Shown one piece after another: positions 24,744 to 35,621 of a DNA stretch of 64,000 bases. A model generated the notes under the pieces. That model saw only the letters and a list, made by a program, of their open reading frames with translations, ran no database searches and had not been told where the DNA came from. Position 1 is the stretch's first letter. Each line of letters begins with the position of its first letter. The stretch is from positions 111,354,001 through 111,418,000 of the forward strand of contig CM059432.1 in assembly GCA_030390025.1 (NCBI GenBank), in the 5' to 3' direction. The DNA comes from Squalus acanthias. Lineage: Eukaryota. The translations under genes and the position numbers were made by a program.

Positions 24744-26158
24744 GTAATATACTAGCATGGATTGAGAATTGGTTAACGGACAGAAAACAGAGAGTAGGAA
24801 TAAACGGGTCATTTTCTGGTTGGCAGGCTGTAACTAGTGGGGTACCGCAAGGATCAGTGCTTGGGCCTCAGCTATTCACAATCTATATCAATGATTTGGA
24901 TGAGGAACCAAATGTAATATATCCAAGTTTGTTGATGATACAAAGCTAGGTGGGAATGTAAGTTGTGAGGAGGATGCAAAGAGGCTTCAAGGAGATATAG
25001 ACAGGCTAAGTGAGTGGGCAAGAACATGGCAAATGGAATATAATGTGGAGAAATGTGAAGTTATCCACTTTGGTAGGAAAAATAGAAAAGCAGAGTATTT
25101 TTTAAATGGTGAGAGATTGGGAAATGTTGGTGTTCAGAGGGACCTGGCTGTCCTTGTACACGAATCACTGAAAGTTAACATGCAGGTACAGCAAGCAATT
25201 AGGAAAGCAAATAGTATATTGGCCTTTATTACACGAGGATTTGAGTATAAGAGTAAAGATGTCTTACTGCAATTATATAGGGCCCTGGTGAGACCAAACC
25301 TGGAGTATTGTGTACAGTTTTGGTCTCCTTACCTAAGGAAGGATATACTTGCCATAAAGGGAGTGCAACTGAAGGTTCATCAGACTGATTACTGGGATGG
25401 GGGGATTTTCCGATGAGGAGAGATTGAGTAGACTCGGCCTATATTCGCTAGAGTTTAGAAGAATGAGAGGTGATCTCATTGAAACATACAAAATTCTTAC
25501 AGGGCTTGACAGGGTAGATGCAGGGAGGATGTTTCCCCTGGCTGGGGAGTCTAGAACCAGGGGTCACAGTCTCAGAATAAGGGGTCAGCCATTTAGGACT
25601 GAGATGAGGAGAAATTTCTTCACTCAGAGGGTGGTGAATCTTTGGAATTCTCTACCCCAGAGGGCTGTGGAGGCTCAGTCGTTGAGTATATTCAAGACAG
25701 AGATCGATAGATTTTTTGATATTAAGGGAATCGAGGGATATGGAGATTGGGTGGGAAAGTGGAGATGAGATCGATGATCAGCCATGATCTATTGAATGGC
25801 GGAGCAAGCTCGAAGGGCCGAATGGCCTACTGCTCCTACTTCTTATGTTCTAATTTTCTTAAATCTTCCAAAAGGATAAGTTGTACTATATTTTGCTGAG
25901 AACATAGTACTTTATACCGCCAACATGAATAAACTATAAAGCAGAATATTAATATTTAAAGCTGCATTTAAAATTAAAAGAAATCTGTCAAGTTAAAAAC
26001 AGGGAACTATAACCTGACTTGTGTGCTTTAGTTTATGTAATACAGGTCAGATAAATGTAAGTTTTTATATGTTATCTACAGATTTTTCATTTCCTAAGTA
26101 AGCACCTATTTTCTAAGCAGTTTGTCAATCTGATGTGCTCTCTGGGAGATATAATCAC

Positions 26159-26239
26159 CTTTTTGGCTGAATAAAAGTAGTTGCTTTAATGACACCTGGC
26201 CTAATCGTGAGGGATTCATGCTGGGGTACTAAGAGAGAG
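26159..26239 (-). CDS. Low-confidence candidate exon SLLVPQHESLTIRPGVIKATTFIQPK
   Basis: TTTGCTCTGTGTTTCTGCAG acceptor; AAG|GTGATT donor; 81 nt, symmetric phase 2, open frame. Confidence 0.25.
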
Positions 26240-27135
26240 CTGCAGAAACACAGAGCAAAGTGCTCATGTCTGGTTTGGTAGAGCAAAGTAGAAATGCCTT
26301 CCCCACGTGTGGGACATTCACCATCATTTTTATTGGGAAGGTAGAAAAGCATGACATTCATCACAACATCACACACAATAATGCATTTTAGCATGATTGC
26401 TATCATTATGTTTGCTTGTAAACAAACAGAGGTTTGCCGAATATTTTTTCATGAAACACTGCACTTCCTTGAACACTATAACTGCCCAGAATTTGCTGGA
26501 TCGGGGCATCTCCCGGTGAGTGCCAGGAGGTTGATTTTTTTCCTCACCCTTCAGCTCCAATTGCTTTTGAGCCACAAATCGAGGGACTTTGGTGAATGCT
26601 GGGACTAACAGTCTATTTCCTTAACCAATGAGATTTAAGGATGGAGAAAGAAACAGAGGAAACGACAGAGGAGGAAATAGGGTGAATTAGAGTCAAATTA
26701 GATACAGAAAGAGAAATTAAGAGAGGGAAAGAAAGATTGGGTTAAGAGAGAGAGAGTGAGAGATAGAGATAAAGGAGACAGAAAGGAAAAGTAAGAACAC
26801 AAATTAAAAATCTAGGGGTAAAAATTTTGCAGGGCTATGGGGAAAGAGCAGGGGAGTGGGATTAATTGGTAGCTCTTTCAAAGAGCTGGCACAGGTTCGA
26901 TGGGCAGAATGGCCTCCTTCTGTGCTGTATGATTCTAAGATCAAAGAGATCAGATAAGCAGCAATGTTTAAAAGAGTGCACAACTCACAAAAGCATAGTG
27001 GTCCAAACTCAAAGAATTAGATGATTCTGTTCATGAACTGAACAGAATCATTGATTCAGAAGCCCTTTTCCAATTTAATGAACAATGCACTGTGCTGGTT
27101 GATTTCCTTTCTTTCCCTTGATTAAAATACCACCA

Positions 27136-29130
27136 GGGCCTAGAAATTCGGTTGCGTAGTGTCCGTTGTTTGGATGCTACGGGTGCTGAATTGGGTCAAA
27201 AATGGTATCCAAGCAGCGGCACACACTTCTGGTGCAGGCCGCGCCGGATGCCCTCTTGGTGAGGGTGGTAGGGCGGCTGTAAGGAGCGTGCGCTGGAAGT
27301 ATGGTAAGTAGATAAGTAAGTATGGTAAGATCGCTGTCATTTTCTTTGTCATCGCTGGAATTAACGCCCTGTGTTAACCTCGCACAGCTGAACACACGTT
27401 CAGCAGCAGAAAGACCCCCCACCAGGGTCATGACTCCGCTCCGCAACCCAACCGCACGTGGCCAGCATGCATACAACAAGTGCCATGCTGCCACATGAAA
27501 CATCATAGAGCAGACCTGAAGCAACAGTTCTGCTGCTGGAGGAGCCCTACAGTACTCACCGGAAAGTGTGCCCCAATTCGTGCTGCTCTGCTGTATCCTC
27601 CACAACCAGGCCATCATGAGAGAACAGCCCTTGCCACCAGGGATACGGCCACCAGCTCAGGAGCAGGAGGAGGAGGAAGCAGAGGCAGCAGAAGAGGAGG
27701 AGGAGGAAGCGGAAGAGGAGGAGGCAACTCAGACAGCCCCTTTCTGGCCGGGATATCTGGGATCGAATCATCCGCCTTTGGTACCAGTGAATGCAACCCC
27801 AATTCCCCATTCAACATAAGACCCACACCTTACCTTTCCTCTGTTAATGATGATCACAGCGTCTCATGGCCACAATGCCAAAATAAAAGCCACCACAAAG
27901 CAAACATTCCAATCCAGCTTGATACATCTATCCATCCAATATTACATCAAAAGATCAACTAATCACCCTTGTGCATTCCCTTAGTGACTGTGTTCCGTGT
28001 GCCTTTGCTTGTCCTAGTGCTCCTACGCAGTACTACCCCAGTGGCTGCAGCACGGTTGGTGGAAGGCTGTGGACTTTCAGTGGGAGAGACTACAGGATGA
28101 CCTTGAAGAGCTCAAGGCCTAGTAGGCTCAGCTTTGGACTGCACGACCTCGACATGGGTGGCAGCAGTCTGGGCTGGCTGGCTGACAGGCAACAGCGAGG
28201 GCACTGGTGGAGTGGCAGTAGTGGGAGTACAAATGCTGTCATCCTGAGAGAGGACAGCAGGGTTGTCCTCCATGGATCCATTGTCACTCCCCCGGGGTGG
28301 CGCCTCAGCAATCCTAGTAATCTGATGGAGTACAGACTGCTGGACTGCTGGGACACCCTGCAAGCCCCTTTCAACACTGGTAAACCCAGCCATGATGGCA
28401 GCAGTCTGTGCTTGTGTGGCAGCAAGCTGAGCCTGCATGACTTCAGTCTGAGCTTCCATTGCAGCACTGAGATGTTGGGTGGCGTCTACTTGTGCTGAAA
28501 TGGAAGCGGAGACTTCAGCCATCAGATCCGGCATGATGGTTGGGTCCACAAGTGCGTTACTGGATCTGACCAGCCCTTCCACATTGGAAAAGATGGGCTC
28601 CAAGCTCTGCTCAAAGCCCTGTGCAAGGCTGGAGCTGGACTCCTCCATGTTCCTTAACACTGCACTCAGGCCTGCCAATGCACCAAGCATTTAATTGTGT
28701 GTCCCCATCAATGTTCTTCTGTAGGCCGCCCTATCAAGGAGAATGGGGACTGCTGGTCGATGGACGGGGATCAGGAGATTGTGGCTTGAGCAGGGGGAGA
28801 GAAGGAGAATGGGGACTGCTGGTCGATGGACAGGGATCAGGAGATTGGGGCTTGGGCAGGGGGAGAGAAGGAGAATGGGGACTGCCGGTCGATGGATGGG
28901 GATCAGGAGATTGGGGCTCGGGCAGGGGGAGAGAAGGAGAATGGGGACTGCTGGTCGATGGATGGGGATCAGGAGATTGGGGCTCGGGCAGGGGGAGAGA
29001 AGGAGAATGGGGACTGTTGGTCGAAGGATGGAGCTTGGGCAAGGATAAAAGAGGAGATTGGGGTGGACATGCGGTTCAAAGTTTCCTGCAATGCTGGGAG
29101 CAATAACAATGTGGGGGAATGATGTGGAGA
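27136..29130. mobile_element. Deleted PIF/Harbinger transposon: HARBI1-like transposase C-terminus (+) converging on partner gene (-)
   Basis: TIR-like GGGCCTAGAAATTCG; + strand LKQQFCC...QFVLLCCILHNQAIMR plus acidic tail (27480-27730); - strand ORF 28112-28690 resembles the coiled-coil C-terminal part of the Myb/SANT partner. Confidence 0.7.
28735..29035. repeat. 66-bp minisatellite, ~4.5 copies
   Basis: Unit GAAGGAGAATGGGGACTGCTGGTCGATGGATGGGGATCAGGAGATTGGGGCTCGGGCAGGGGGAGA. Confidence 0.95.
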
Positions 29131-29134
29131 TGCC

Positions 29135-29790
29135 GGCGTTGGACTGGGGTGGACAAAAATGAGAAGTCGCACAACACCAGGTTATAGTCCAACAGATTTA
29201 TTTAATTTTACAAGCTTTCGGAGCTATCGCTCCTTCGTCAGGTAAGTTAGCAATGAGAGAATCTCCCAGAATTCACAATTTAAACCCAGACAAAATCTAT
29301 TCACATTATTCGCTACAACAAAGAGCACAGCCAAGACAATGAGATGTGTCCCAGGGGGTCCAGCGTGTCAAACCACCTGCTGGCTGCATATCCTGTCAAT
29401 TTGTGTTCTTGTGTTTTTTAAAAAAAAACAAAAAAACCCCCCAAAAAACCAAAAAAAACAGCTGGGAAGACCGGCCATGATGTCAAGTCACGTTCTGTAT
29501 CGTGACATGAACCCGATATCGCGATTGAGGCCATCCTCATGAGTGCGGAACTTGGCTATCAGTTTCTGCTCTATGATTTTGCGCTGTCGTGTATCTCGAA
29601 GGCCGCCTTGGAGAACGCTTACCCGCAGATCCGAGGCTGAATGCCCCTGGCTGCTGAAGTGTTCCCCGACTGGGAGGCAACCCTCCTGCCTGGCGATTGT
29701 TGCGCGGTGTCCGTTCATACGTTGTCTCAGTGTCTGCATGGGAAGAGAGCGGTGCCGAGAAAGGAGCAGCCAGTAAAAGGTTGAGTGAAA
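29135..29790 (-). mobile_element. Second Penelope-like family: GIY-YIG C-terminus and terminal repeat
   Basis: QTLRQRMNGHR...PVGEHFS..GH...EQKLIAKFRTHEDGLNRD; terminal repeat also present at 63820-63910. Confidence 0.88.
29208..29245 (-). ncRNA. Minimal type I hammerhead ribozyme
   Basis: UUAC CUGACGA A GGAGC GAUA GCUCC GAAA GCUU GUAA: stem I UUAC/GUAA, core boxes, 5-bp stem II, palindromic stem III, CUU triplet. Confidence 0.8.
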
Positions 29791-29809
29791 CCTGGGGACT
29801 TTACTGTGC

Positions 29810-30083
29810 ATAAAGAGTGAAAGATTGTTTCCACTGGTGGTCAAGTGGGGAACAAGGAGATGGGCTGAGCATTCTCACTGGAAGAACCAAGGGGGAGGGG
29901 AGCAGGAGCGTTTTTGAACTGTGGATGCTGGGTCGATTTGAGCTTTCAAGACTGAGGTAGATAGATTTTTGTTAGGTAAAGGTATCAAGGGATATGGAGC
30001 AAAGGCGGGAATTGAGGTGCTGATCAGCAATGATCTAATTGAATGGCAGAGGTACTGAATGGCCTGCTCCTGTTCCTATGTTA
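29810..30083 (+). mobile_element. Old CR1 3' end fragment
   Basis: GATAGATTTTTG...GGCCTGCTCCTGTTCCTATGTT tail. Confidence 0.75.
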
Positions 30084-30519
30084 CAGCTATTACTACCAGT
30101 TACATATATAGACTATCAGTGAGTCATTGAATTACTGTTGGTTATGAGGGGAGCATGAGTGTTACCAGTACTACTATTAGTTATTGCTGCAATTTCAGTT
30201 TGTTATTGTTGGAATCAAAGTTCCAAATCCCTCCCCACCTTCGGTTTCCCCTCTTCCCTGCCCTCAGTTTCCTTTCGCCTGCTCACAAGTGGCCTCCAGG
30301 TTCTGAAACTCCTCGCACAACAGCTGCTGGCAGGAAACCACGAGCAAAAATACTCAATAACGGGGCAGCAACACTTGAAGATGTCAAGTCCTCAGGCATC
30401 ACATGGTCAAACCTCCTGGAATACCTCCAACTCAAGTTGGCAAGTCTAGTTCCTACCCTGCCACGCTTACAATGGCATAGCCACCAAAGAGGACCATCTA
30501 GGCAGACCATCACCCTGGT

Positions 30520-30968
30520 TAAGCAATGCTTCGATTTCAAAATTCTCATCCTTGTTTTCAAATTCCTTCATGGCCTCGCCCCTCCCTATCTCTGTAATCT
30601 CCTCCAGTCCTACAACCTCCCCCAAGATATCCGCACTCCTCTAATTCTGTCCTCTTGTGCATCTCTGATTATAATCGCTCAACCTTTGGTGGCCGTGCCT
30701 TCTGTTGCCCTAAGCTCTGGAATTCCCTGCCTAAACCTCTCCGCCTCTCTACCTCTCTCTCCTCCTTTAAGTCGCTCCTTAAAACTCTCTTTGACCAAGC
30801 TTTTGGTCACCTGCCCTAATTTCTTCTTATGTGGCTCGGTGTCAATTTTTTTTGTCTTTTAATACTCCTGTTCAACGCCATGGGACGTTTTACTATGATA
30901 AAGGCGCTATGTAACTGCAAGTTGTTGTTGTTAAAACCTACCTCTTTGACCAAGCTATTGGTCACCTT
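30520..30968 (+). mobile_element. L2 LINE 3' end (a second tail copy resumes at ~31710-31828)
   Basis: FKILILVFKFLHGLAPPYL motif; tail AAAGGCGCTAT...(TTG)n. Confidence 0.85.
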
Positions 30969-31705
30969 TTAAAAAATTAATTCCTGGGATGTGGGCGTCA
31001 CTGCCAAGGCCAGCATTTATTGCCCATCCCTAATTGCCCTTGAGAAGGTGGTGGTGAGCCGCCTTCTTGAACCGCTGCAGTCCGTGTGGTGAGGGTACTC
31101 CCACAGTGCTGTTAGGGAGGGAGTTCCAGGATTTTGACCCAGCGACGAGGAAGGATCGGCGATATACTTCTAAGTCAGGATGGTGTGTGACTTGGAGGGG
31201 AACTTGGAGGTGGTGGTGTTCCCATGCGCCTGCTGCCCTTGTCCTTCTAGGTGGAAGAGGTCATGGGTTTGGGAGGTGCTGCCGAAGAAGCTTTGGTGAG
31301 TTGCTGCAGTGCATCTTGTAGATGGTACACACTGCAGCCACGGTGCGCCGGTGGTGGAGGGAGTGAATGTTTAAGGTGGTGGATGGGGTGCCAATCAAGT
31401 GGGCTGCTTTGTCCTGGATGGTGTCGAGCTTCTTGAGTGTTGTTGGAGCTGCACTCATCCAGGCAAGTGGAGAGTATTCCATCACACTCCTTACTTGTGC
31501 CTTGTAGTTGGTGGAAAGGCTTTGCGGAGTCAGGAGGTGAGACACTCGCCGCAGAATACCTAGCCTCTGACCTGCTCTTGTTGCCACAGTATTTATGTGG
31601 CTGGTCCAGTTAAGTTTCTGGTCAATGGTGACCCCCAGGATCTTGATGGTGAGGGAATTCGGCGATGGTAATGCCATTGAATGTCAAGGGGTGGTGGTTA
31701 GACCC
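30969..31705 (-). mobile_element. CR1/L2-group LINE 3' fragment (same family as 50123-51548)
   Basis: ILGVTIDQKLNWTSHI...QVRSVMEYSPLAW; nearly identical to 50870-51540. Confidence 0.9.
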
Positions 31706-31948
31706 TCGACTGCCCTAATTTCTCCTTGTGGCTTGGTGTCAAATTTTTTTTGTCTTATAACACTCCTGTGAAGTGCTTTGGGACGTTATACTACGTTAAA
31801 GGTGCTATATAAATCTAAGTTGTAGTTGTGTCTCATTTTGCTTTATGCAAACACTGAAATACATACAACTGCAGTGCTCGTTTTAGATTCAGGTAAATCA
31901 GAACAATTTAAAAAATTTTTTTTTAAAAATAAACTATTTCAATATAGT

Positions 31949-32189
31949 ACGATAGCAAAATACTGCAGATGCTGGAAATCCGAAATAACAACAGAAAACG
32001 CTGGAAAAACTCAGCAGGCCAGGCAGCATCCGTGGAGAGAGAAAGAGAGTTGACGTTTCAGGTCGATGACCTTTCATCAGAACTGGGAAGAGCTGGAAAT
32101 CAAATAGATTTAAGGCCAGGGTAAAGCTGGGAAAAGGGGGAGGGGATAAAGGCCTGCTGAGTTTTTCCAGCGTTTTCTGTTGTTATTTC
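31949..32189 (-). mobile_element. Penelope terminal-repeat mini-insertion with 39-bp perfect inverted repeat
   Basis: Reverse complement of the 24110-24245 terminal repeat; 31982-32020 is the exact reverse complement of 32151-32189; TATTTCAATATAGT directly repeated at 31935-31948 and 32184-32197. Confidence 0.85.
32048..32084 (-). ncRNA. Minimal type I hammerhead ribozyme with GUC cleavage triplet
   Basis: AGUU CUGAUGA A AGGUC AUC GACCU GAAAC GUC AACU: stem I AGUU/AACU, intact CUGAUGA and GAAA boxes, 5-bp stem II, ACGU palindrome. Confidence 0.85.
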
Positions 32190-32219
32190 AATATAGTTAT
32201 TAGATAAGTTTGCAATCTG

Positions 32220-32365
32220 CAGTGCTCCAGGTGGCGCCTGCTACATGTGCTGGCTCTGGGCAGCCGGTGCCGGGGTGTTTGAGGCTGGGCTGTCACTCAG
32301 TGCGGGGCGGGCTCTCGGCGCTGGCGTGCGGAAGCAGCCTCTGTGAAGACGAGGAGAGCGGAGAC
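32220..32365 (+). promoter_or_regulatory. CpG-rich promoter / 5' UTR of the hydrolase-like gene
   Basis: Local CpG enrichment; GC box GGGGCGGG at ~32304 and ETS-like CGGAAG at ~32329 upstream of ATG 32366. Confidence 0.55.
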
Positions 32366-32440
32366 ATGAGAGGTGCATGGAGGAGAAGGAGGCTGCTGCA
32401 TCCGCCAGCACCGAGTGCAGCCGCGCAACCCCCACCACAG
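32366..32440 (+). CDS. Exon 1 of membrane-anchored alpha/beta-hydrolase-like gene: MRGAWRRRRLLHPPAPSAAAQPPPQ
   Basis: ATG with purine at -3; 25 codons; CAG|GTAAAT donor in phase 0 matching exon 2; CpG-rich setting. Confidence 0.7.
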
Positions 32441-32889
32441 GTAAATGTACCTCGGAACACTCACTCACTCAGCCCAGACACAGTATCCCGGGAGCCGGAG
32501 GGAGCAAAGCCCAGACACAATGTAGCAACCGCCCAACTCTACCGCTGAAGAGCCCTTCACACCGGCTGGGCTTGCTGCTGTGATCGCTGTGCAGCGTGCC
32601 CTGCCAGCTCACACACACACTCGGGACATGTCCCTCCCACACTGAACATTGGGAGTGTGTTGGCGGGCACATTGCACAACCATTGGAAGCAATGCTCCTG
32701 AGAACCCAACATCTGAAGGCCCAGGGATTGCTAATGATTTTATACAAGGAGTAAATAAAAGTGACCACTAGGGCTGCACGTACACTGCCTTGGCTCAAGC
32801 TGCTGCTCACCTCCTCCCCACCCCCCTCTCCCTCCCCCCCTCTCTCCCTCCGTTTGTGTTTTCTCTTTCTCCCCAGTTCCACATCATCT

Positions 32890-32992
32890 CCACATTACAA
32901 CAGTGACTACACTCCAAAAGTACTTCATTGGCTGTAAAGCGCTTTGGGACGTCCGGTGGTCGTGAAAGGTGCTATATAAATGCAAGTCTTTT
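32890..32992 (+). mobile_element. 3' end of Deu-domain-like SINE (L2-type tail)
   Basis: ACAACAGTGACTACACT...TGGCTGTAAAGCGCTTTGGGACGTCC...CTATATAAATGCAAG, homologous to ~40010-40105. Confidence 0.7.
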
Positions 32993-33710
32993 CTCCCTCC
33001 CCCAGTTTGTTTCTCTCTTTCCCCCCCCCAGTTTGTGTTGTTCCCCCCCCCCCCCCCAGTTTGTGGTGTTCTCTCTCTCTCTCTCTCTCCCCCTCCCCAG
33101 TTTGTGGTGTTCTCTCTCTCTCTCTCTCTCCCTCCCCAGTTTGTGTTGTTCTCTCTCTCTCTCTCTCGCTCCCCCAGTTTGTGGTGTTCTCTCTCTCTCT
33201 CTCTCTCTCCCTCCCCAGTTTGTGGTGTTCTCTCTCTCTCTCTCTCCCTCCCCAGTTTGTGGTGTTCTCTCTCTCTCTCTCTCTCCCTCCCCAGTTTGTG
33301 GTGTTCTCTCTCTCTCTCTCTCTCTCCCTCCCCAGTTTGTGGTGTTCTCTCTCTCTCTCTCTCTCCCTCCCCAGTTTGTGGTGTTCTCTCTCTCTCTCTC
33401 TCTCTCCCTCCCCAGTTTGTGGTGTTCTCTCTCTCTCTCCCTCCCCAGTTTGTGGTGTTCTCTCTCTCTCTCTCTCTCTCCCTCCCTAGTTTGTGTGTGT
33501 TCCTTATCTCCCTCCCCCAGTTTGAGTTGCTCTCCCTCTCTCTCTCTCTCTCTCCCTCTCTCGCTTTGTCTCTCTCTCTCCCTCTCTCGCTTTGTCTCTC
33601 TCTCCCTCTCTCGCTTTGTCTCTCTCTCCCTCTCTCGCTTTGTCTCTCTCTCCCTCTCTCGCTTTGTGTCTCTCCCTCTCTCGCTTTGTCTCTCTCCCTC
33701 TCTCGCTTTG

Positions 33711-33741
<31 letters not shown>

Positions 33742-34790
33742 CCCTCATGCTTTGTCTCTCTCTCCCTCTCTCGCTTTGTCTCTCTCTCCCTCTCTCGCTT
33801 TGTCTCTCTCTCTCCCTCTCTCGCTTTGTCTCTCTCTCTCCCTCTCTCGCTTTGTCTCTCTCTCCCTCTCTCGCTTTGTCTCTCTCTCTCCCTCTCTCGC
33901 TTTGTCTCTCTCTCCCTCTCTCGCTTTGTGTCTCTCTCCCTCTCGCTTTGTGTCTCTCTCCCTCTCTCGCTTTGTGTGTCTCTCCCTCTCTCGCTTTGTG
34001 TCTCTCCCTCTCTCGCTTTGTCTCTCTCTCCCTCTCTCGCTTTGTCTCTCTCTCTCCCTCTCTCGCTTTGTCTCTCTCTCTCCCTCTCTCGCTTTGTCTC
34101 TCTCTCTCCCTCTCTCGCTTTGTCTCTCTCTCCCTCTCTCGCTTTGTCTCTCTCTCCCTCTCTCGCTTTGTCTCTCTCTCCCTCTCTCGCTTTGTCTTTC
34201 TCTCTCCCTCTCGCTTTGTCTCTCTCTCTCCCTCTCGCTTTGTCTCTCTCTCTCCCTCTCTCGCTTTGTCTTTCTCTCTCCCTCTCGCTTTGTCTCTCTC
34301 TCTCCCTCTCTCGCTTTGTGTCTCTCTCCCTCTCGCTTTGTCTCTCTCTCCCTCTCTCGCTTTGTGTCTCTCTCCCTCTCTCGCTTTGTGTCTCTCCCTC
34401 TCTCGCTTTGTCTCTCTCTCCCTCTCTCGCTTTGTCTCTCTCTCTCCCTCTCTCGCTTTGTCTCTCTCTCTCCCTCTCTCGCTTTGTCTCTCTCTCTCCC
34501 TCTCTCGCTTTGTCTCTCTCTCCCTCTCTCGCTTTGTCTTTCTCTCTCCCTCTCGCTTTGTCTCTCTCTCTCCCTCTCGCTTTGTCTCTCTCTCTCCCTC
34601 TCTCGCTTTGTCTTTCTCTCTCCGTCTCTCGCGTATTGCTCCCCCCCCCCCGCCCCGTCTCCCCCCCCCGCCCCGTCTCCCCCCCCACCCCGCCCCGTCT
34701 CCCCCCCCACCCCGCCCCGTCTCCCCCCCCACCCCGCCCCGTCTCCCCCCCCGCCCCGCCCCGCCCCGTCTCTCCCGCCCCGCCCCGTCG
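32993..34790. repeat. Compound pyrimidine-strand satellite in three blocks
   Basis: Block A (~32993-33530) CCCTCCCCAGTTTGTGGTGTT(CT)n; block B (~33540-34630) CCCT(CT)nCGCTTTGT(CT)n; block C (~34640-34790) CCCCGCCCCGTCTCCCCCCC. Confidence 0.97.
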
Positions 34791-35621
34791 GGACGTAACC
34801 GCCCCACCTCAGTCAAACTGGCTTTTATTCCAGCTCCAATCTTTTTATAACTAATAAATTAAAGTGTTCAAAGAAATTGATTAAAAACACAATTTTTTAA
34901 ATAACGCTATGATTTTTTTCCCCTGGGTTGCTTGCAGCAGTATCCAGGAGATTAATCTTCAATCCTGTCGGGGTTGGTAACCCGAGCACAAACTCCAGTT
35001 TTGGACTGAGAATTTGATGCAGCTGCAAAGCCTTAAATGTTCAGAGTGCTGGTGGTAACATCCACAGTTACATCTACAATCTTAAAAAAGTGAAAGGTTC
35101 CTCCCCGTATCACTCACCACATTTTAAGCCCAATTTGATGCCTCACTAGACTTGCTCTCCACGCAGGGTCAAACCCAAGTGTTGTGAGGGAGCCTTGCAT
35201 CAGATCTCTGTGAATCTGGTCAGGCCCTGGCTTTGAATTTATACTGCTACTCTCGAGGCACTCACTGAGAAGTGGAAGCTGCGTTGTAACATTAAAGGTG
35301 TGTGTGTAAATGCAACCCATCTAAATCAAATGAGAAGAGCTACTTTTATTTTTCGTAGTGAGCTGCAGTAAAATAGATTACCTATTCCTAGGAGGTGAAA
35401 AAAAATCCTGCTGGGGAAAAAAATAATTGTGGGTTGACCAATCTGGTTTATACTTGTTGGGTATTTGTTGATCTTATTGTGAATTGAATTTTGGAGGGGT
35501 GACTCATATTATTTATTTGTTGTAAGCGCCCAGTACATTCTTAGGATGTTAACCTGTGCTATACCTTTGAATACAAAGAACCTATGACTATGGTTTAAAG
35601 TACACCATTTTTACCTACATT

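Larger units (their letters stand above)
20045..25853 (+). mobile_element. Host CR1 RT fragment (20045-20180 joined to 24247-25853) split by younger insertions
   Basis: ...GCAGAGTCAACA at 20181 continues as TTTATGAAAGGGAAATCA at ~24247 (QSQH-GFMKGKSC); CR1 3' tail at ~25780-25853. Confidence 0.9.

Noticed and set aside
32377..32440. Alternative start MEEKEAAASASTECSRATPTT
   Set aside because: Ends in phase 1, incompatible with the phase 0 frame of exon 2 that encodes PPFLNYASLQREG
32993..33530. CRISPR-like regularly spaced repeats
   Set aside because: The spacers are just (CT)n of variable length; no unique spacers, no cas genes, eukaryotic context
32928..34854. Very long ORFs (up to 640 aa) in many frames
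   Set aside because: Products of a stop-free (CT)n satellite; translations are SL/RE low-complexity repeats
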